Source: Isurus oxyrinchus (lineage: Eukaryota). From it: DNA of 64,000 nt. A program made the position numbers and the translations under genes. The notes beneath the pieces are model-generated. The model had not been told where the DNA came from, did no database searches, and saw only the letters and a program-made list of their open reading frames with translations. The stretch lies in contig JANJGN010000002.1 in NCBI GenBank assembly GCA_026770705.1, positions 41,664,001 through 41,728,000 of the forward strand, in the 5' to 3' direction. Shown one piece after another: positions 12,157 through 25,303 of this stretch; the stretch's first letter is position 1, and every line of letters starts with the position of its first letter.

Positions 12157-14285
12157 GTGGTGTGTGGAGTGAGAGGAGGGATGTAAAACAGAAGAGAAAA
12201 GATAGAAGGTTAAAACAATTTCTCTAGCTGTCAGGAAATCCAAGTTTTTGGCCTACATGTTGAGTGCAGGGTTCCCTGCACTGGAACAACCCACCTGATA
12301 TTAGGCCTCGAACCTTATTTACAACTAGAGCTACAGACAGATGTCTACTGGACATCTCCAGCTTGGCAGCAAAGAGCATTTGAAGGTCCAGCTGCTGTGT
12401 TGCCGGCAGTGACTGTCAGATGGCTTTTGCAAGTGTCGGGGCAAGGAGTCGAGGAAATGATTGGGAGAGGATAAAGGCAATGATCAGAAAGATGTTGAGG
12501 CAGGGAGTAGGAGTTGACGTGTGCCTTGGCCAAAAGTGGCCCATGGTTTCTTTCTGATGCCCTCTTTATCTAATTTCCTTACTATAAAGTTAGCTAACAC
12601 TGGGCACTGCCTTCAGGAAAACCAGGGTGATTATATGGCCCAACCAGTGATCCTTGAGAAGCACACATCAGGCGGCCACCCAACATAAATTTTGTAAACA
12701 TAGGGAGCTGGAAGGAGCATTAGTGTTGCTCTCAGCTTCAGCAACCATTTCAGGCTCTTCAACTTGGTGCAGCATCATCGAATTTTTAGGCCTTTTCTCC
12801 CAAAGAGAACTTGGGGCTTAGGCATGTTTTTACGATTACTAATTTATCTTGAAACAGTCATTGGTGTGGTTTAAATATAAGGGTCAAATTTAATGGCTTG
12901 GTTTAACTCGAGCGCAATAGTCAAAATATGATAATTGGTCATTTTAATTATCCCTGTAAAAATGCACAATGGTATACTAATGAAAGATACTGAACCTAAT
13001 GAAGGGTTGAGTTGGCATTGGTCTGGTTTAATCAAATTTCTGTCTATGGGAGCTTGCGTACACAAATTGCCAACTGAATTTCCTACGTTACAACAACGGG
13101 CAGAATTTTCCATCCCCGTTGGTGTTAGGCATCCTGGCGGGCGTGAGCAGACAATATGGCGGGAAAGCCAAAAATCGGTTTCGCGCTGTCATCAAACCAG
13201 TTTGTGATGGTCTGCTCCACCCGTCAATGGCAGGCAGCATTTCCCACCGCTGGATGTTGGGGACATCAAGCTAACACATCTGCACGTCATTATAAACCCT
13301 GTGGCACTGGAATCACCCACCACGCAAGATCATCCAGTCACGTCAGTAAGATTGCATGCCGATGTGTTTCAGAACAGCATTTACAAGGTGTGCACCTGGT
13401 GAGCTGCACTTCAAGAGGGACTCGGAGCTGACTGCTCATGAATATTGCGTAGCACTTGCGAGGGTCGCCCGTTTGACGTCAAGGTTGAGGTGCTGCACAT
13501 TCATGCACGGGCACAGACAAGTCGCTTTTCCCGATTGGCTGACAGTGTGGTGCTGGCACAGGGGCCACACTGCGGTTGGGGTGAGTTGGGGGGGACAAGA
13601 TAGCCCAATCTGATGGCAGTGCACAAGCACACGCGGTGTGGGGGAGGGGAGGGATGCGGCCACACATTAGGGAAACCTTGTATGAAATGACCATTCCTCT
13701 GCAGCTGAGAGAGTTCAGATACAGCCACGTTGACAAGCGTGGAGTCGGGCCTCTAGCTGCTCTGCCCACTCAAGCAACACAGAAGCATGAAAGTGCCACC
13801 AAATGCTCCAGAGCTTTTCACCCCTCGGGCACAGACTGAAAACTAAGGAGCATTTTAGTGGACTGCTGAACAATTGGATGACTGGGCAAGTTGTACAATC
13901 TCCTTGCTAAAGCTGGCCATAGAGCAGTCACTGGTGGAGGCACACACAGTCCCTTGTAATGTTATCATCCCAGTTTGGACCAGTCTCTCCCATGGTTTAA
14001 GCTAACAGTGCAGCCTTGCAGAGTGGATTAGGAGAATGCCTGTGCCTGAGCTGAGAGCACAGCATGCAGTCCAATGGCAAGTCTGCAGCCAATAGGTCAG
14101 GTGGAGTAGGGCAGAAGTGGGTGGAGTTTCAGGCAGCCAAGCAGCGCACTAAACTCTGGCCATCCAAGTGGTTGCCATCACTCTCTGGAATGTGTTAAGG
14201 GGCCTTCAGACTTAACCAAGAGAGGTTCCCATGCTAATCCACGCATCTCTCTCTTTCATCTTGAAGGAGTAGTGCACCAGGGAGC

Positions 14286-17242
14286 ATGGAGCCTGGTGAC
14301 CTAACTGTATGAAGCTGTATGCTTCATGGCTTACAGGGAGCAGAGACGAAGGAGAAGAGAATGACAGAGGCGCCTGTCTGGGAAGAGGGAGGAGCAGCAC
14401 TCTGTGGAAGAAAGAATGGCTGGAGCTCCCACGCATGCCACTGAAGAGCCACAGAGAGCTGTCATTGGTTGGTGCCTAGCAAGACCCAAAGTCTATAGAT
14501 GGCACCTTCCGTTCCTGCAGCACACCAAGAACCAGTGCCATCAAAGACTGAGCATGTCCAAGGAACTGGTCGGGCACATCTGCCACTGGTTGCAGGGTTT
14601 GGCATCACGGGGACATGGAGGGCATCCACTGCCAGCGGTTGCAAAAGTGACAATGGTGCTCAATTTTTATGCCTGTGGCTCCTTTTAGGGCTCCATAGGT
14701 GACCTCTGTGGGATATCGCAGGCCCCCACCCACAATTGCATCCATGAGGTCATAAAGTCATACAGGTCTACAGCACAGAAAAAGGCCCTTCAACCCATCG
14801 AGTCTGCGCTGGTCAAACAAGTACCTAACTACTCTAATCCCATTTTCCAGCACTAGGCCCATAGCCTTGTATGCCATGGCATCACAAGTGCACATCCAAA
14901 TACTGCTTAAATGTTATGAGGGTTTCTGCCTCTACCACCCTTTCAGGCAGTGAGTTCCAGATTCCCACCAGCCTCTGTGTGAAAAAATTCTTCCTCACAT
15001 CCCCTCTAAACCTCCTGCCCCTTACCTTAAATCTATGCCCCCTGGTTATTGATCCCTCCACCAAGGGGAAAAGTTCCTTCCTGTCTATCCTATCTATGCC
15101 TTTCATGATTTTATACACCTTAATCATGTCCCTCCTCAATCTCCTCTGCTCAAAGAAAAATAACCCCAGTCTATCCAATCTCTCCTCATAACTAAAACTC
15201 TCCAGCCCAGGCAGCATCCTGGTAAATCTCCTCTGCACTATCTCTAGTACAATCACATCCTTCCTATAATGCGGATTCCAGAACTGCACGCAATACTCTA
15301 GCTGCGGCCTAACCAGCATTTTATACAGTTCCAGCATAACCTCCCTGCTCTTATATTCTATGCCTCGGCTAATAAAGGCAAGTACCCCATATGCCTTCTT
15401 AACCACCTTATCTACCTGTCCCGCTACTTTAAGGGACTAGTGGACGTGCACACCAAGGCCCCTCTGATCCTCGATACTTCCCAAGGTCCCACCATTCATC
15501 ATGTTTTCCTGTGCCTTGTTGGTCCTGCCCAATGCATCACCTCACACTTATCCAGATTAAACTCCATTTGCCACTGATCAGCCCATCTGACCAGCCCGTC
15601 TATATCCTCCTATAATCTAAGGCTATATCCCATCTATATCCTCACTATTTACCACCCCACCAATTCTAGTGTCATTCGTGAACTTACTGATCAAGCCTCC
15701 TACATTCAAGTCTATATTGTTTACATATACCACAAACAGCAAGGGACCCAACACTGATCGCTGTGGAACCCCGCTGGACACAGACATTTAGTCACAAAAA
15801 CACCCCTCAACCATTACCCCCTGCTTCCTACCACTCAGCCAATTCTGGATCAAATTTGCCAAATTGCCTTGGATCCCATGAGCTCTTATCTTCATTATCA
15901 GTATCCCATGTGGGACCTTATCAAAAGCCTTGCTGAAGTCCAAGGAGACTATGTCAAATGCATTGCCCTCATCTACACACCTGGTCACCTCTTCGAAAAA
16001 TTCAATCAAATTGGTCAGACATGACCTCCCCTTAACAAAACCATGCTGTCTGTCCTTGATTAATCCCTGCCTCTCCAAGTGTAGATTAATTCTGTCCCAC
16101 AGAATTGCTTCCAACTGTTTCCCCACCATGAGGTTAGACTGACTGGCCTGTAGCTCCCTGGTTTATCCCTTCCTGCCTTCTTGAATAACGGTACCACATT
16201 GGCTGTCCTCCAGTCCTCTGGTACCTCTCCTGTGGCCAGAGAGGTATTGAAAATTATTGCCAGCGCCCCTGCTATCTCCTCCCTTGCCTCACTTAACAGC
16301 CTGGGATACATTTCATCCGGCCCTGGATATTTAACTACTTTTAAGCCTTAGACCACTTAGACCACTTAGAATCTCTTCCCTTTCTATGCTAATTATTTAA
16401 TTATATCACAGTCCTTCTGCCTGATTTCCATACCCACGTCATCCCTCTCACTTGTGAACACTGACACAGGCTCCATGTTCGTGAAGGCACACAGGGATAA
16501 GGAAAGTCAGGAAGCAAGAGCACTGGGATTTTCCCAGGTCTCAGGTTTCCCACAGGTGCAGGATGCCATCGACTGCATTCACATGGCGCTCAGATCTCGA
16601 TAACAACAAATGGTTAACAATGTCAACCGCAAGGACTTCCATTCACTGAATGTATAGCTGGTGTGTGACCACCACAAAAGCATCCTGCAGATCTGCACAT
16701 GGTTCCCAGGGAGTCTCCACGACTCCTAAGTTCTCAGTAGGTCTCAGATCCCTGACGTCTTCCAGGATCCACAGAAGCAGCAGGGATGTCTCCCTGGGGA
16801 CAAGGGCTACCTGCAGAGGCCGTGGCTGATGACACCCGTGCGGTGGCCTCAGACTGCAGCAGAGTGAAGGTATAACCAGGCTCATGCTGGAACTCACAAC
16901 TTGATGGAGCAAACCACCGGGATGCTGAAAATGAGGTTCCAGTGCCAAACCAGTCTGGTGGAGCCCTGCAATATAGTCCACAGAGAGTGTCATGCATCAT
17001 TATCGCCTGCTTGCCCTTTACAACCTGGTGCTGCAACAGGGAGAGGAGCTGGCTGAGGAGGAGATAGAGGAGCAGCCATCAACTCTTCTGATGAGGCTGA
17101 TATCTATGGGGATGAAGGTGAGAAGCTCCTTGAAAGCGAGAATGACGACGATGAGGCAATTGTACTAGTCAGATGAGGCAAGTGTGCTCAGGACACACTC
17201 AAAGCTGCTAGATTTGTGGAGGATGATGACAACATGCAGTGA
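14286..17242 (+). pseudogene. Harbinger DDE transposase (HARBI1-like), split by a CR1 insertion
   Basis: Reads GHPLPAVAKVTMVLNFYACGSF*GSIGDLCGISQ..CIHEV|CR1|TGSMFVKAH..GFPQVQDAIDCIH..NRKDFHSLNV*LVCD..FPGSLHDS..GDKGY..WLMTP..YNQAH..MEQTTGMLKMRF. Multiple stops. Confidence 0.9.
14753..16466 (-). mobile_element. CR1 LINE, 5'-truncated (ORF2 RT and 3' end)
   Basis: ORFs 16060-16311, 15788-16129 and 14882-15406 carry CR1 RT motifs (VPEDWRTANVVPLFKK, QHGFVKGRSCLTNL, DFSKAFDKVPH, LVRPQLEYCVQFW, KNFFTQRLVGIWNSLP). Removing the element rejoins the host transposase frame. Confidence 0.95.
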
Positions 17243-17500
17243 GGAGATGCCATTGATCCTCACATTGCATCTGCGAATGTTTGACTCCAGTCTGGCTGAT
17301 GGTAATGCACATACCCTCTGTGATAATGTTTCTGTCATGGAGACACAGTGGATGCCCATAGTCCCTTTGTTCCAGGAGGATGATGACAACATACAGTGAG
17401 GACACTACATAGATCTTCGCATAGCCTCTGTGAACATCTAACTCCTGCCTGCCTGAGGGCACCTCGCTTGCTCTCTGTGAACAAGGTCATATCATGGAGG
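17218..17500 (+). repeat. Degenerate ~157-bp tandem duplication between the convergent Harbinger genes
   Basis: GGAGGATGATGACAACATrCAGTGAGGA occurs at 17218 and 17375, with similarity continuing downstream of each. Confidence 0.65.
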
Positions 17501-18379
17501 TGCCATGGGGAAACTTTAACTTCCCCTGATCCTATGGCTTACTTCATGAGCTGAACTCTTCAGGACCACACTGTCACCAGACACAGGTGCTGATGAGATG
17601 GGGGACCAGCCACATCTCAAAGTTGCTGGGAGCACACAGAGAGAATGACGAAACTGTATGCTGCCGGCCCAGGGCGATCTGGCAGCGATGATAAGCCCCA
17701 TTGAGGCACAGGCATGACTGATATGTCCTGTGTCAGTGAAGGTGCACCATCAGTGTGCTGGGAAGGCTGCACAAAGCACAGGGAAGAGGCCCTGCACTGA
17801 GACACCTGCCGTCATCTTGTGCAGGGACAACAGTTTCACATCTGAGTGACGCGAACACTGAGCATCATAAGGAGCCATAGGCAACGAGACATTCTGGGAG
17901 TTTATTGACAATAGTGATCAGTATGTACAAGTGATTAACGCCTGTGCGCAGGCTGTGCAATTCCATCGTCTTAACTTTCCTAGCCCTGCTGCTACATCTT
18001 GGTGCTCTCCCAACACCCACAGCAGAGATGGAGGCAGCCTGCTGACTGCTGCTCCCTGTTTGTGATGACTTTGATGGGCGTCCTCCAGAGGGCAGAGAGC
18101 TGGAGGGTCCTGACCCGCTTTCAGGTCTTGCTGTGTGGCAGTGGCACCCTCCTCAGCCTGTGGAGCTGAAGCTGCTGGGGCCACAGGAAGAGGGGATTCA
18201 GATAGGCTGGACACTCCCAGAGTCACCAGTGCAATGGCCCCAGGGGGTACATCTGCTGATCCTCCTCCCTGTGGATGCCCCAGGGCCCCTGGCTGACTCC
18301 TTGAGGAGAAGAGTAAGCTGCAATGAGATCGAGCTACCTCACGCCCCTCTTGCGTTGACACTGTTGGAGACGTAATATG

Positions 18380-19685
18380 ACGTTAGTGATGAAGTTCAGC
18401 CCGCACAGCAGTGCAGGAGCGACATCCTGGACCAAGGTCACCATGGCGGCCATCCATCCTGCCAATGTTGAACTTGGTGCATTGGCATGTTGGCACTATC
18501 ACCTTGGGCTGAAGGCGGACAGACTCCTCCATCATCCCTTGCAATCTGAGGAGCAGAATGAACATCTCTTCCTGATGTTCCCTTGATTGTCTTTGCAGCT
18601 CCACCAACTGATTGAGGACCGAGTCCAAAGCTCATCATCTGACTCTGACTTCGCAGATCCCTTGCCTCCAGAAGTCCTCCAATTGCCAGCCACCTCAGGT
18701 GTCCCTGCCTCCACCTGTGGAACAAATTGTGTGCTGTGCTCACCAGATAGTGAACTTTAGCCTGCAGTATATGTCGTTCCCAAAGAGGTGTGTGTCGCTG
18801 TGCTGGTGGAGGATGTGGGTGAACGCTGTGATGGGTCTTCAAGGGTGCAGCCGTCAGTGTCCTCGTCTGAGGTGCTCTCAGCCTTGGGGTCAGGGCCAAG
18901 GTTGCCTGAGGGCGACATGTCAGATGTGCCGAAGAGAGAAAGTGGAGATTATTAGTGCATGGCTGCTGAGGTCCACAGAACAGTGGACTCACAGTTGAGT
19001 TGTCAGAGGAATGATCTGGTGCATGATCCTCACTTGGATGCTTGGCGCCGAGCTCGCTGTCGCTACAGGAATGGTCCATGTCCTCTCTGGTCAGCTCTAA
19101 CATGCGTTCTTTGAAGGGAGTGAGGAACTTGATGTCCCCGGTCTGGGATTTCTCCCTTTTATTGTGCGAGATCTTGTCCTGCATAGAGACAGTTGGAGAG
19201 AGTGTAAGGAAGGCGTAGGCCAGGCCAAATGAGAAGGATGCCTGGTGTGCATGTGTGCTGAGTGGTGCCATGGCCGGAATGAGGAGGCAGTCTCCAGAGC
19301 AGATGAGGCCAGTTGGAAATATGAGAGTGTGTGTGGGAGAGTGAGTAGTGATTTCCCTTGAGCTGACAGTGAGTGAGATGCCAGGGAATGTGTGATGGGC
19401 TTGTGAGTGGCTGAGCTTAGAATAGTGAGAGGGTTGACTTACCTTGGTGGCACGTGTGAGATCATTCGTCCTCTTCCTGCACTGCATGACCGATCTCTTG
19501 TGGGCAGCATTGGCACTGGCCACTGCTGCCACTACCTCCCAAGTCAGATTGGTGATGCTGCTGCCCCTCCTATGGCCAGAGCAGGGGTAGAGGGCATCAT
19601 GCTGGGCATCCAGGGTGTCAAGAAGGTGTTCCAGGGATGCATGACTGAATCGGGGGGCTGCAGGCTTCTTGCCTTTTGGGACCAT
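18380..19685 (-). pseudogene. Harbinger Myb/SANT-like DNA-binding protein gene, 3 exons
   Basis: Exon 1 is 19685-19443 (MVPKGKKPAAPRFS..WEVVAAVAS..RSVMQCRKRTNDL, donor AAG|GTAAGT). Exon 2 is 19178-19034 (CAG|GACAAG; DKISHNKREKSQTG; donor GTGAGG). Exon 3 starts ~18929, is S/T/acidic then coiled-coil-like, and has a damaged acceptor, a stop and a frameshift. Confidence 0.85.
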
Positions 19686-20090
19686 ATCTTCTTTGCAGCA
19701 GTCCTGGGCTGGAAGCACTGAGTGGTGAGTGCATGGCTGCACTTTAAGTGTGGTGCCCGGAGTGAGGAAACGACGAGGTGATGCCATGAGGGGGTGAATC
19801 GCATGCCGCCTGCCATCAAAATGGCTTGTTTCCCAGGAATGCACGATTAATGAGACAGGATTGGGAAGATACAGCTTAAAAACCCACCATTGTGGCCAGC
19901 AGGTAAAACATTCCTTTTTTTCCATTCTCTACCGCACTTTGTCCAAATCTAGGATGATTCTGCCCAATGACTACACTTTGGGGCATCCTGAGAACATGAA
20001 AGGCACTATATAAATGTAAGTCTTACTTTAATGGCATCTGGTGCTCAAGTTGCAGATAGCTTGGCATGAGAGAGATGAAGTTCTTCAACT

Positions 20091-20307
20091 GAGGTGATTT
20101 TCAACCTCACGACCAGGGGTAACCTAGCAAAGCAGATGTAAAACCCCCATCCCACTGCCTCCCCCCATCTCACCAAACCCCCCAATCTCACCGCCCACAC
20201 CGGCTGTTGCATTGTTTTCAATGGAAGGAAAACTGGACAGTGTCTTGCTCGGTGAATGATTTACTCCCCCAGGTTACTAACCAGCTGGAGAAGTTGTAAA
20301 TTACCTC
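20091..20307. mobile_element. Small MITE
   Basis: TIR GAGGTGATTTTCAACCT / AAGTTGTAAATTACCTC (14/17 match). Confidence 0.55.
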
Positions 20308-23222
20308 CTACTCTCTATGTGTGAAGACTGGAAGCAGGTCGGGGAAGGGCTTAGTGGATATGTGCCTAAATGCAAAGGTTTATGTGAGCAGGAAAGAAGT
20401 AGATAAAACAGACATTGCATTTAAACAGCTTGGAGCACTTATCTCAATTGGGGCCGCAGTTTATGGGAATATACATGTAAAGTAAGTAACTCAATGTTGT
20501 TAGCCAATAGAGTATTTATTGAACAGAAAACAAATTAAAGTGAGGGGTTTTGCTCTTCACACTTTTCAGTACATTAGAATCCATCCACAAAGCAGCTCAG
20601 GAAATTGCTCAGGATTGAATTACTGCCAGCTTGTTAAGAATTAATTTCTCCTGATTATCAGTCTCTGTTTTGATTGTTTCTGTCAGAAATCGAAAGGTAA
20701 ATAATAAATTGAGAAGTAATTTCGGTTATTAAAATGCACTTAAAAAATTGGGGAGCGTTGCCAAAGCACCCTCCTCATAGGGATAATACTTGACTCCCTT
20801 GACTTGCCAGCAACGGCCTCATAGCAGCTGCTATTTAACTCACCACTCAACCATTCCTCAACCCCTCATCCTGATTGGAGATGGTAGTAAATTCTCTTCC
20901 AGAGTTCATGAGCTTAAACCTGACCCATTATAGATTAGAGATAGGAGGGGTGTAATATTGATTTTGAATAGTTCAATTGCTGGTTACAGTCAACTGGAGC
21001 ATTGTGCTCTTGAAGGATAAATGACTTTTGCAGGGCAATTTTTTTGCAATAGGATTAGTTCTGGATAATGACAGAAACGTTATTCTCCTGCAGTGCCTCC
21101 TTGCACCGATTATGTCATCCAAGAACATTTTTGCTGACATGTAAGTGTCGACACTCTGTCAAAACGCATGGAGCCAGTGCAGTAGAAGCAGAGGCAGGGC
21201 TGCTTTGAGTTTGCCTGCAATCCCATTTACCCTCATGGGGAAGTTTAGCAGTTAAAACCTGAGGCCCACCAGCAGCTACTGGAAACTGCTGTAGAATAAA
21301 TCAAAACACAAGCTTTTATTTCTGCGCACCAGTATTCCTCTTTGTCTGAAAAAGTCATTGACTTGTAAAGCTGCTTTACCTCAAAAAGAAATAAAAGATG
21401 TCTATCTTCTCCTCAGGAAATGGTTCTTGCCGCTTTAGGCCATATTTGACGGCCCATAGAGACTATCATGGCTTTCCTGCTCTTCCGCCTTCTACTTGAC
21501 GATCGTGCGCAGGATTATGCAATAATGCTTAATATCTTTGCACTGACATGTTTTTATAATCATTACACAAAAGCCTTTTGCTCTCAGGATATATTTTGTT
21601 GGCATCTGTCAAAGGAGTTAGTTGTATGTTAGTCAAAGGTAACAACTGTAATCCATTAAATTCGCTTGCCTTGAAAATTGATTGAAAAAAAGATTTGATT
21701 GGTGTACAATTTCTCACAATGTATCTTGATACTTGTTACTGAAACTATGATACTCTATGTGTCTATCTGTATATTTGTGCCCCTTCATTGCAATCCAAAA
21801 GCCCATAGCTTCATAGTAATACATGAGCACTCTTGGGCAAGCAGAAGTGCAATTCATTTTTAGTCAAATGGCAAGCGACCAGTAGCTGAAGTTATGAATC
21901 GCATTGCAAAATTAAGCAGACAGAGTCTTGGCAAAAATGTATTTTCAGTACTTTTTGCCAGCATTAGCTTAGATGCTGATAGTGGATCTCAGCAATACAG
22001 CAGTAAACACGTTGGACTGAATTTAATTCCTTTTCTAGATTTGCTTTCCCCCTCTTAATTTTCTTCCCTTTTTCCCAAAAGTTGCTAACTCTCCATGAGG
22101 CCAAACGGCCCTATGGTGTTTTGCCAATTGGCCAGTCATTATGTGTGAGTGAATCAAAGGCCAGGAGTTTCCCAGAAGCTGTTTCCATGCCGCTGTTGAA
22201 ATTTTGCTGGAATTGAAGGGGCAACCAGGCTTACCAGAAAAACCTGAATTTATATAGTGCCTTTAATGTAGTAAAATGTCCATTGATACTTCACTGGAGT
22301 GTCATCAATTGCTTTACATGTTCTGATGTACTTCTGATATCATTACTGAAGAGAGCAGCTTGAAGGAGACTCCTGGTCAAACTCTCAGGAGGCTTTCCAT
22401 TCCCATCACAGCTGAGCCCAATTCTGTCTTCCCTCAACATCCCTTTTCCAGCAAGAGGCACTAAATGCCAATATTGAGTGAGTATCTTGGCTGATCTCTA
22501 TCCTCTTCAGTTTACGATGTCAGGGATAATTATCGGCCTCCTACTGCTGCTCTGACTGAAATCAGCTAGCTCAGCTCAGAACTTTAACCCTGTCCTAGTT
22601 TCCCTGGTTCAGGTCCCACCCTGGCACTTAATGACTGAGTGACAAGCAGAGGCCTAAGCATCAACCCTTAAACTGTTATATTTTGTGTGTGAGGTGTTAG
22701 GGGATGAATGTTCACTGCTTCTGTATCGCCCTGGAAAGTCACTTCTTCAAGTCACTTACAACTGTACTCTCAAAACCCAACTGTTCAGCTTTTGGCCCTG
22801 CATTCACCACGACATTTCAACCACACCCTCACCCCCATTAGTCCCCATTAAAAGTGTTACTCTCTCTCTCCCTGGCCATTCCCCCGGTACGATCCTCATC
22901 TCGGCTCCAATAAGCCCAAGGGACACAGACTTGAATGGACTAGTGGACAGCTGGTTTAACCAATCACTGCCACATCTGGCTGTGAAGCTCTATCAAATCC
23001 TGCACTTTCCTGTGAAAACTGCCACTACCTCACACATAAAATAAAATAGTTTAAAGACTAATTCCTGGTCACTCAGTCAGTAAGTGCACCTTCCGGGGTG
23101 GAACTGAACCCAAGAAACTGGGAAGGTGTTTCAGTTCTGAGCTGAGTTAACTGATCTCCATCAAGGCAGCAGTAGAAGGCTGATAAGTATCTTTCACATT
23201 GTAAACTAGAGAGAATAGGGAT

Positions 23223-23336
23223 AAAAATCTTTGAGTTCTGCTGAAGGGTCATGAGGACTCGAAACGTCAACTCTTTTCTTCTCCGCCGATGCTGCCAGAC
23301 CTGCTGAGTTTTCCCAGGTAATTCTGTTTTTGTTAA
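23223..23336 (+). mobile_element. Short Penelope terminal-repeat insertion
   Basis: Perfect 13-bp TSD AGAGAATAGGGAT (23210-23222 / 23337-23349). Body is near-identical to 45606 onward. Confidence 0.9.
23233..23273 (+). ncRNA. Minimal type I hammerhead ribozyme motif (variant core CUGCUGA)
   Basis: GAGTT-CTGCTGA-A-GGGTC(ATGAG)GACTC-GAAA-CG-TC^AACTC. Stem I is GAGTT/AACTC, stem II has 5 bp, stem III is the palindrome ACGT, and the predicted cleavage triplet is GUC. Confidence 0.65.
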
Positions 23337-23369
23337 AGAGAATAGGGATTGGTCAAAATTCCCACTCAC

Positions 23370-25210
23370 AGCTGGATCATCCTGGAATGCAAAGGCAATC
23401 CGGCTTCTTTTCTCTACTGCAAGCCATCTTCTTAAATCCCTTTCATTATAGCTCTCTCCTCCACCCTCAGCAAGAACAAGTGCAAGGAGCTCAGAGAGTT
23501 CTTTGTCATCAAGTTTAAGGTCATCTGATCAGCTGTCTTTGTCACTTCCCTCCCTTCCCCTAGCCCACAGGGCCTAAATTTCTCTAAGACTGTCCCCTGC
23601 CCTAGCCCTCTCTAGGTTCGCTCCTACCTCCCCTCATGCCCTCTTCTAGCTAATCTTGCCTATAAGACCCACCTCATGCTCCTTTGACCCTATTGTTACT
23701 GAACTGCTGACCATCCGACTTCCCTTCCTGGCCCCCATGTTAACTCACATTGTTAATGGTTCCCTCTCCACGAGCTCTGCTCTTCTCTCTGTCAAATCTG
23801 TCACCATCTCATCTTTCCTCAGAAGACCACCCCTTGAACTCACCATTCATGCAAACTGCTGCACCATCTCCAAACTCCGTTTCCTCTCTAAAGACCTTGA
23901 ACGTATTGTTTCTCCAAAATTGCTGCCCATCTTTCCATGAACTCCATGTTCGAATTCCTCCAATCTGGTTTCTGCCCTGCCACAGGACCGAAAATGCTCT
24001 TACCAAAGTCACAAATGATATCCTAAGTGACTATGGCAAAGGTAAACGGTCCTTCTTCAACCTTCTTGATCTGTCTTCAGCTTTTGACACTGTTGAACAC
24101 AGCATCCTCCTCCAATGTCTCTCCACCATCATCCAGCAGGGTGAGACTGCTCTTGCCTGGTTCCATTCTTAACTATCAAGTCATAGCCAGAATATCTCCA
24201 GCAATTGCTTGTTTTCCCATTCCCACACATTTATCTCCAGCGATCCCCAAGGAGCTCCCTCCTACGCACTGCCCCTTGGCGACATCGTTCAAAAACACAA
24301 TGTTAAGTTTCCACACATACGTGACAATGCCCAGCTCTAACTCACCACCACTTCTCTGGACCTCTCTACTCTTTAAAATGTCAGATGTCTCATCGGATAT
24401 CCAGCACTGGATGAACAGAGATTTCCTCCAATTAAATATTGGAAAGACTGGAGCCATTGCCTTTGCACAATGCCACAAACTCTTTTCCCTCACCATCAAT
24501 TCTATTTCTCTCCTTTGAGGCTAAACCAGACTGTTTGCAACTTTGACGTCCTATTTGATCCTGAGATGATCTTTCACATTTCCAAGGCATCACAAAGACT
24601 GACTCCGTAACATCACCCGTCTCTGCCTCTGCCTTAGCTATCCTGCTGCTGAAAAGCTTATCCATGGCTTTGTTACCTCCAGACTTGACATTATAACACA
24701 CCCCTGGCTGGTCTCCCATATTCTACCCTCCATAAACTTGGACCATCCAGAACTTTGCTGCCTGTGTCCTAACTCGCACAAATTATCTTTCTCCCATCAT
24801 GGTTAATAACCTACACCATAAAACAACACCTTGATTTTAAAATTCTCATCCTTGTTTTCAAATCCCTTCATGCCCTGACCCCTCGCTATCTCTTTAATCT
24901 CCTCCAAGGTATCTGTACTCCTCTAATTCCATCCTCTTGAGACGCCCCACCATTGGTTGCTGTGTCTTTAGCTGCATAGATCCTACACTCTGGAATTTCC
25001 TTTCTAAGCCTCTCCATCTCTCTACCTCACTTTCCTTCTTTAAGACACTCCTTAAAACATACATTTTTGATTAAACTTATGTTAATTTGTCATAATATCT
25101 CCGATGTGATTTGGTGGGTATTTTGTTTTATAATGCTTCTGTGAAATGGCTCACGATGTTTTATTATGTTAAAGATGCTATATAAATACAAGTTGTTATT
25201 GCTGTTGCTT
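23370..25210 (+). mobile_element. L2 LINE fragment (RT region to 3' tail), decayed
   Basis: Motifs PTSCSFDPIVT.LL, F.PCHRTENALTKVTNDIL, LLDLSSAFDTVEHSILL, IQHWMNRDFLQLNIGKT, IHGFVTSRLD, followed by an L2-like tail. Confidence 0.9.
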
Positions 25211-25303
25211 AATTTTAACAGACCTTAATAGATATGTTAATCATTGAAGCTCTAATCTTTGAACTTTATATATGGTTTCTAAATGTCTTTGTATTGTATT
25301 GTA

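Larger units (their letters stand above)
13098..19965. mobile_element. Full-length but decayed PIF/Harbinger DNA transposon with a nested CR1
   Basis: TIRs GGGCAGAATTTTCC / GGATGATTCTGCCC (12/14 match), flanks AAC/AAT. Contains a transposase relic (+) facing a Myb/SANT relic (-). Confidence 0.88.
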
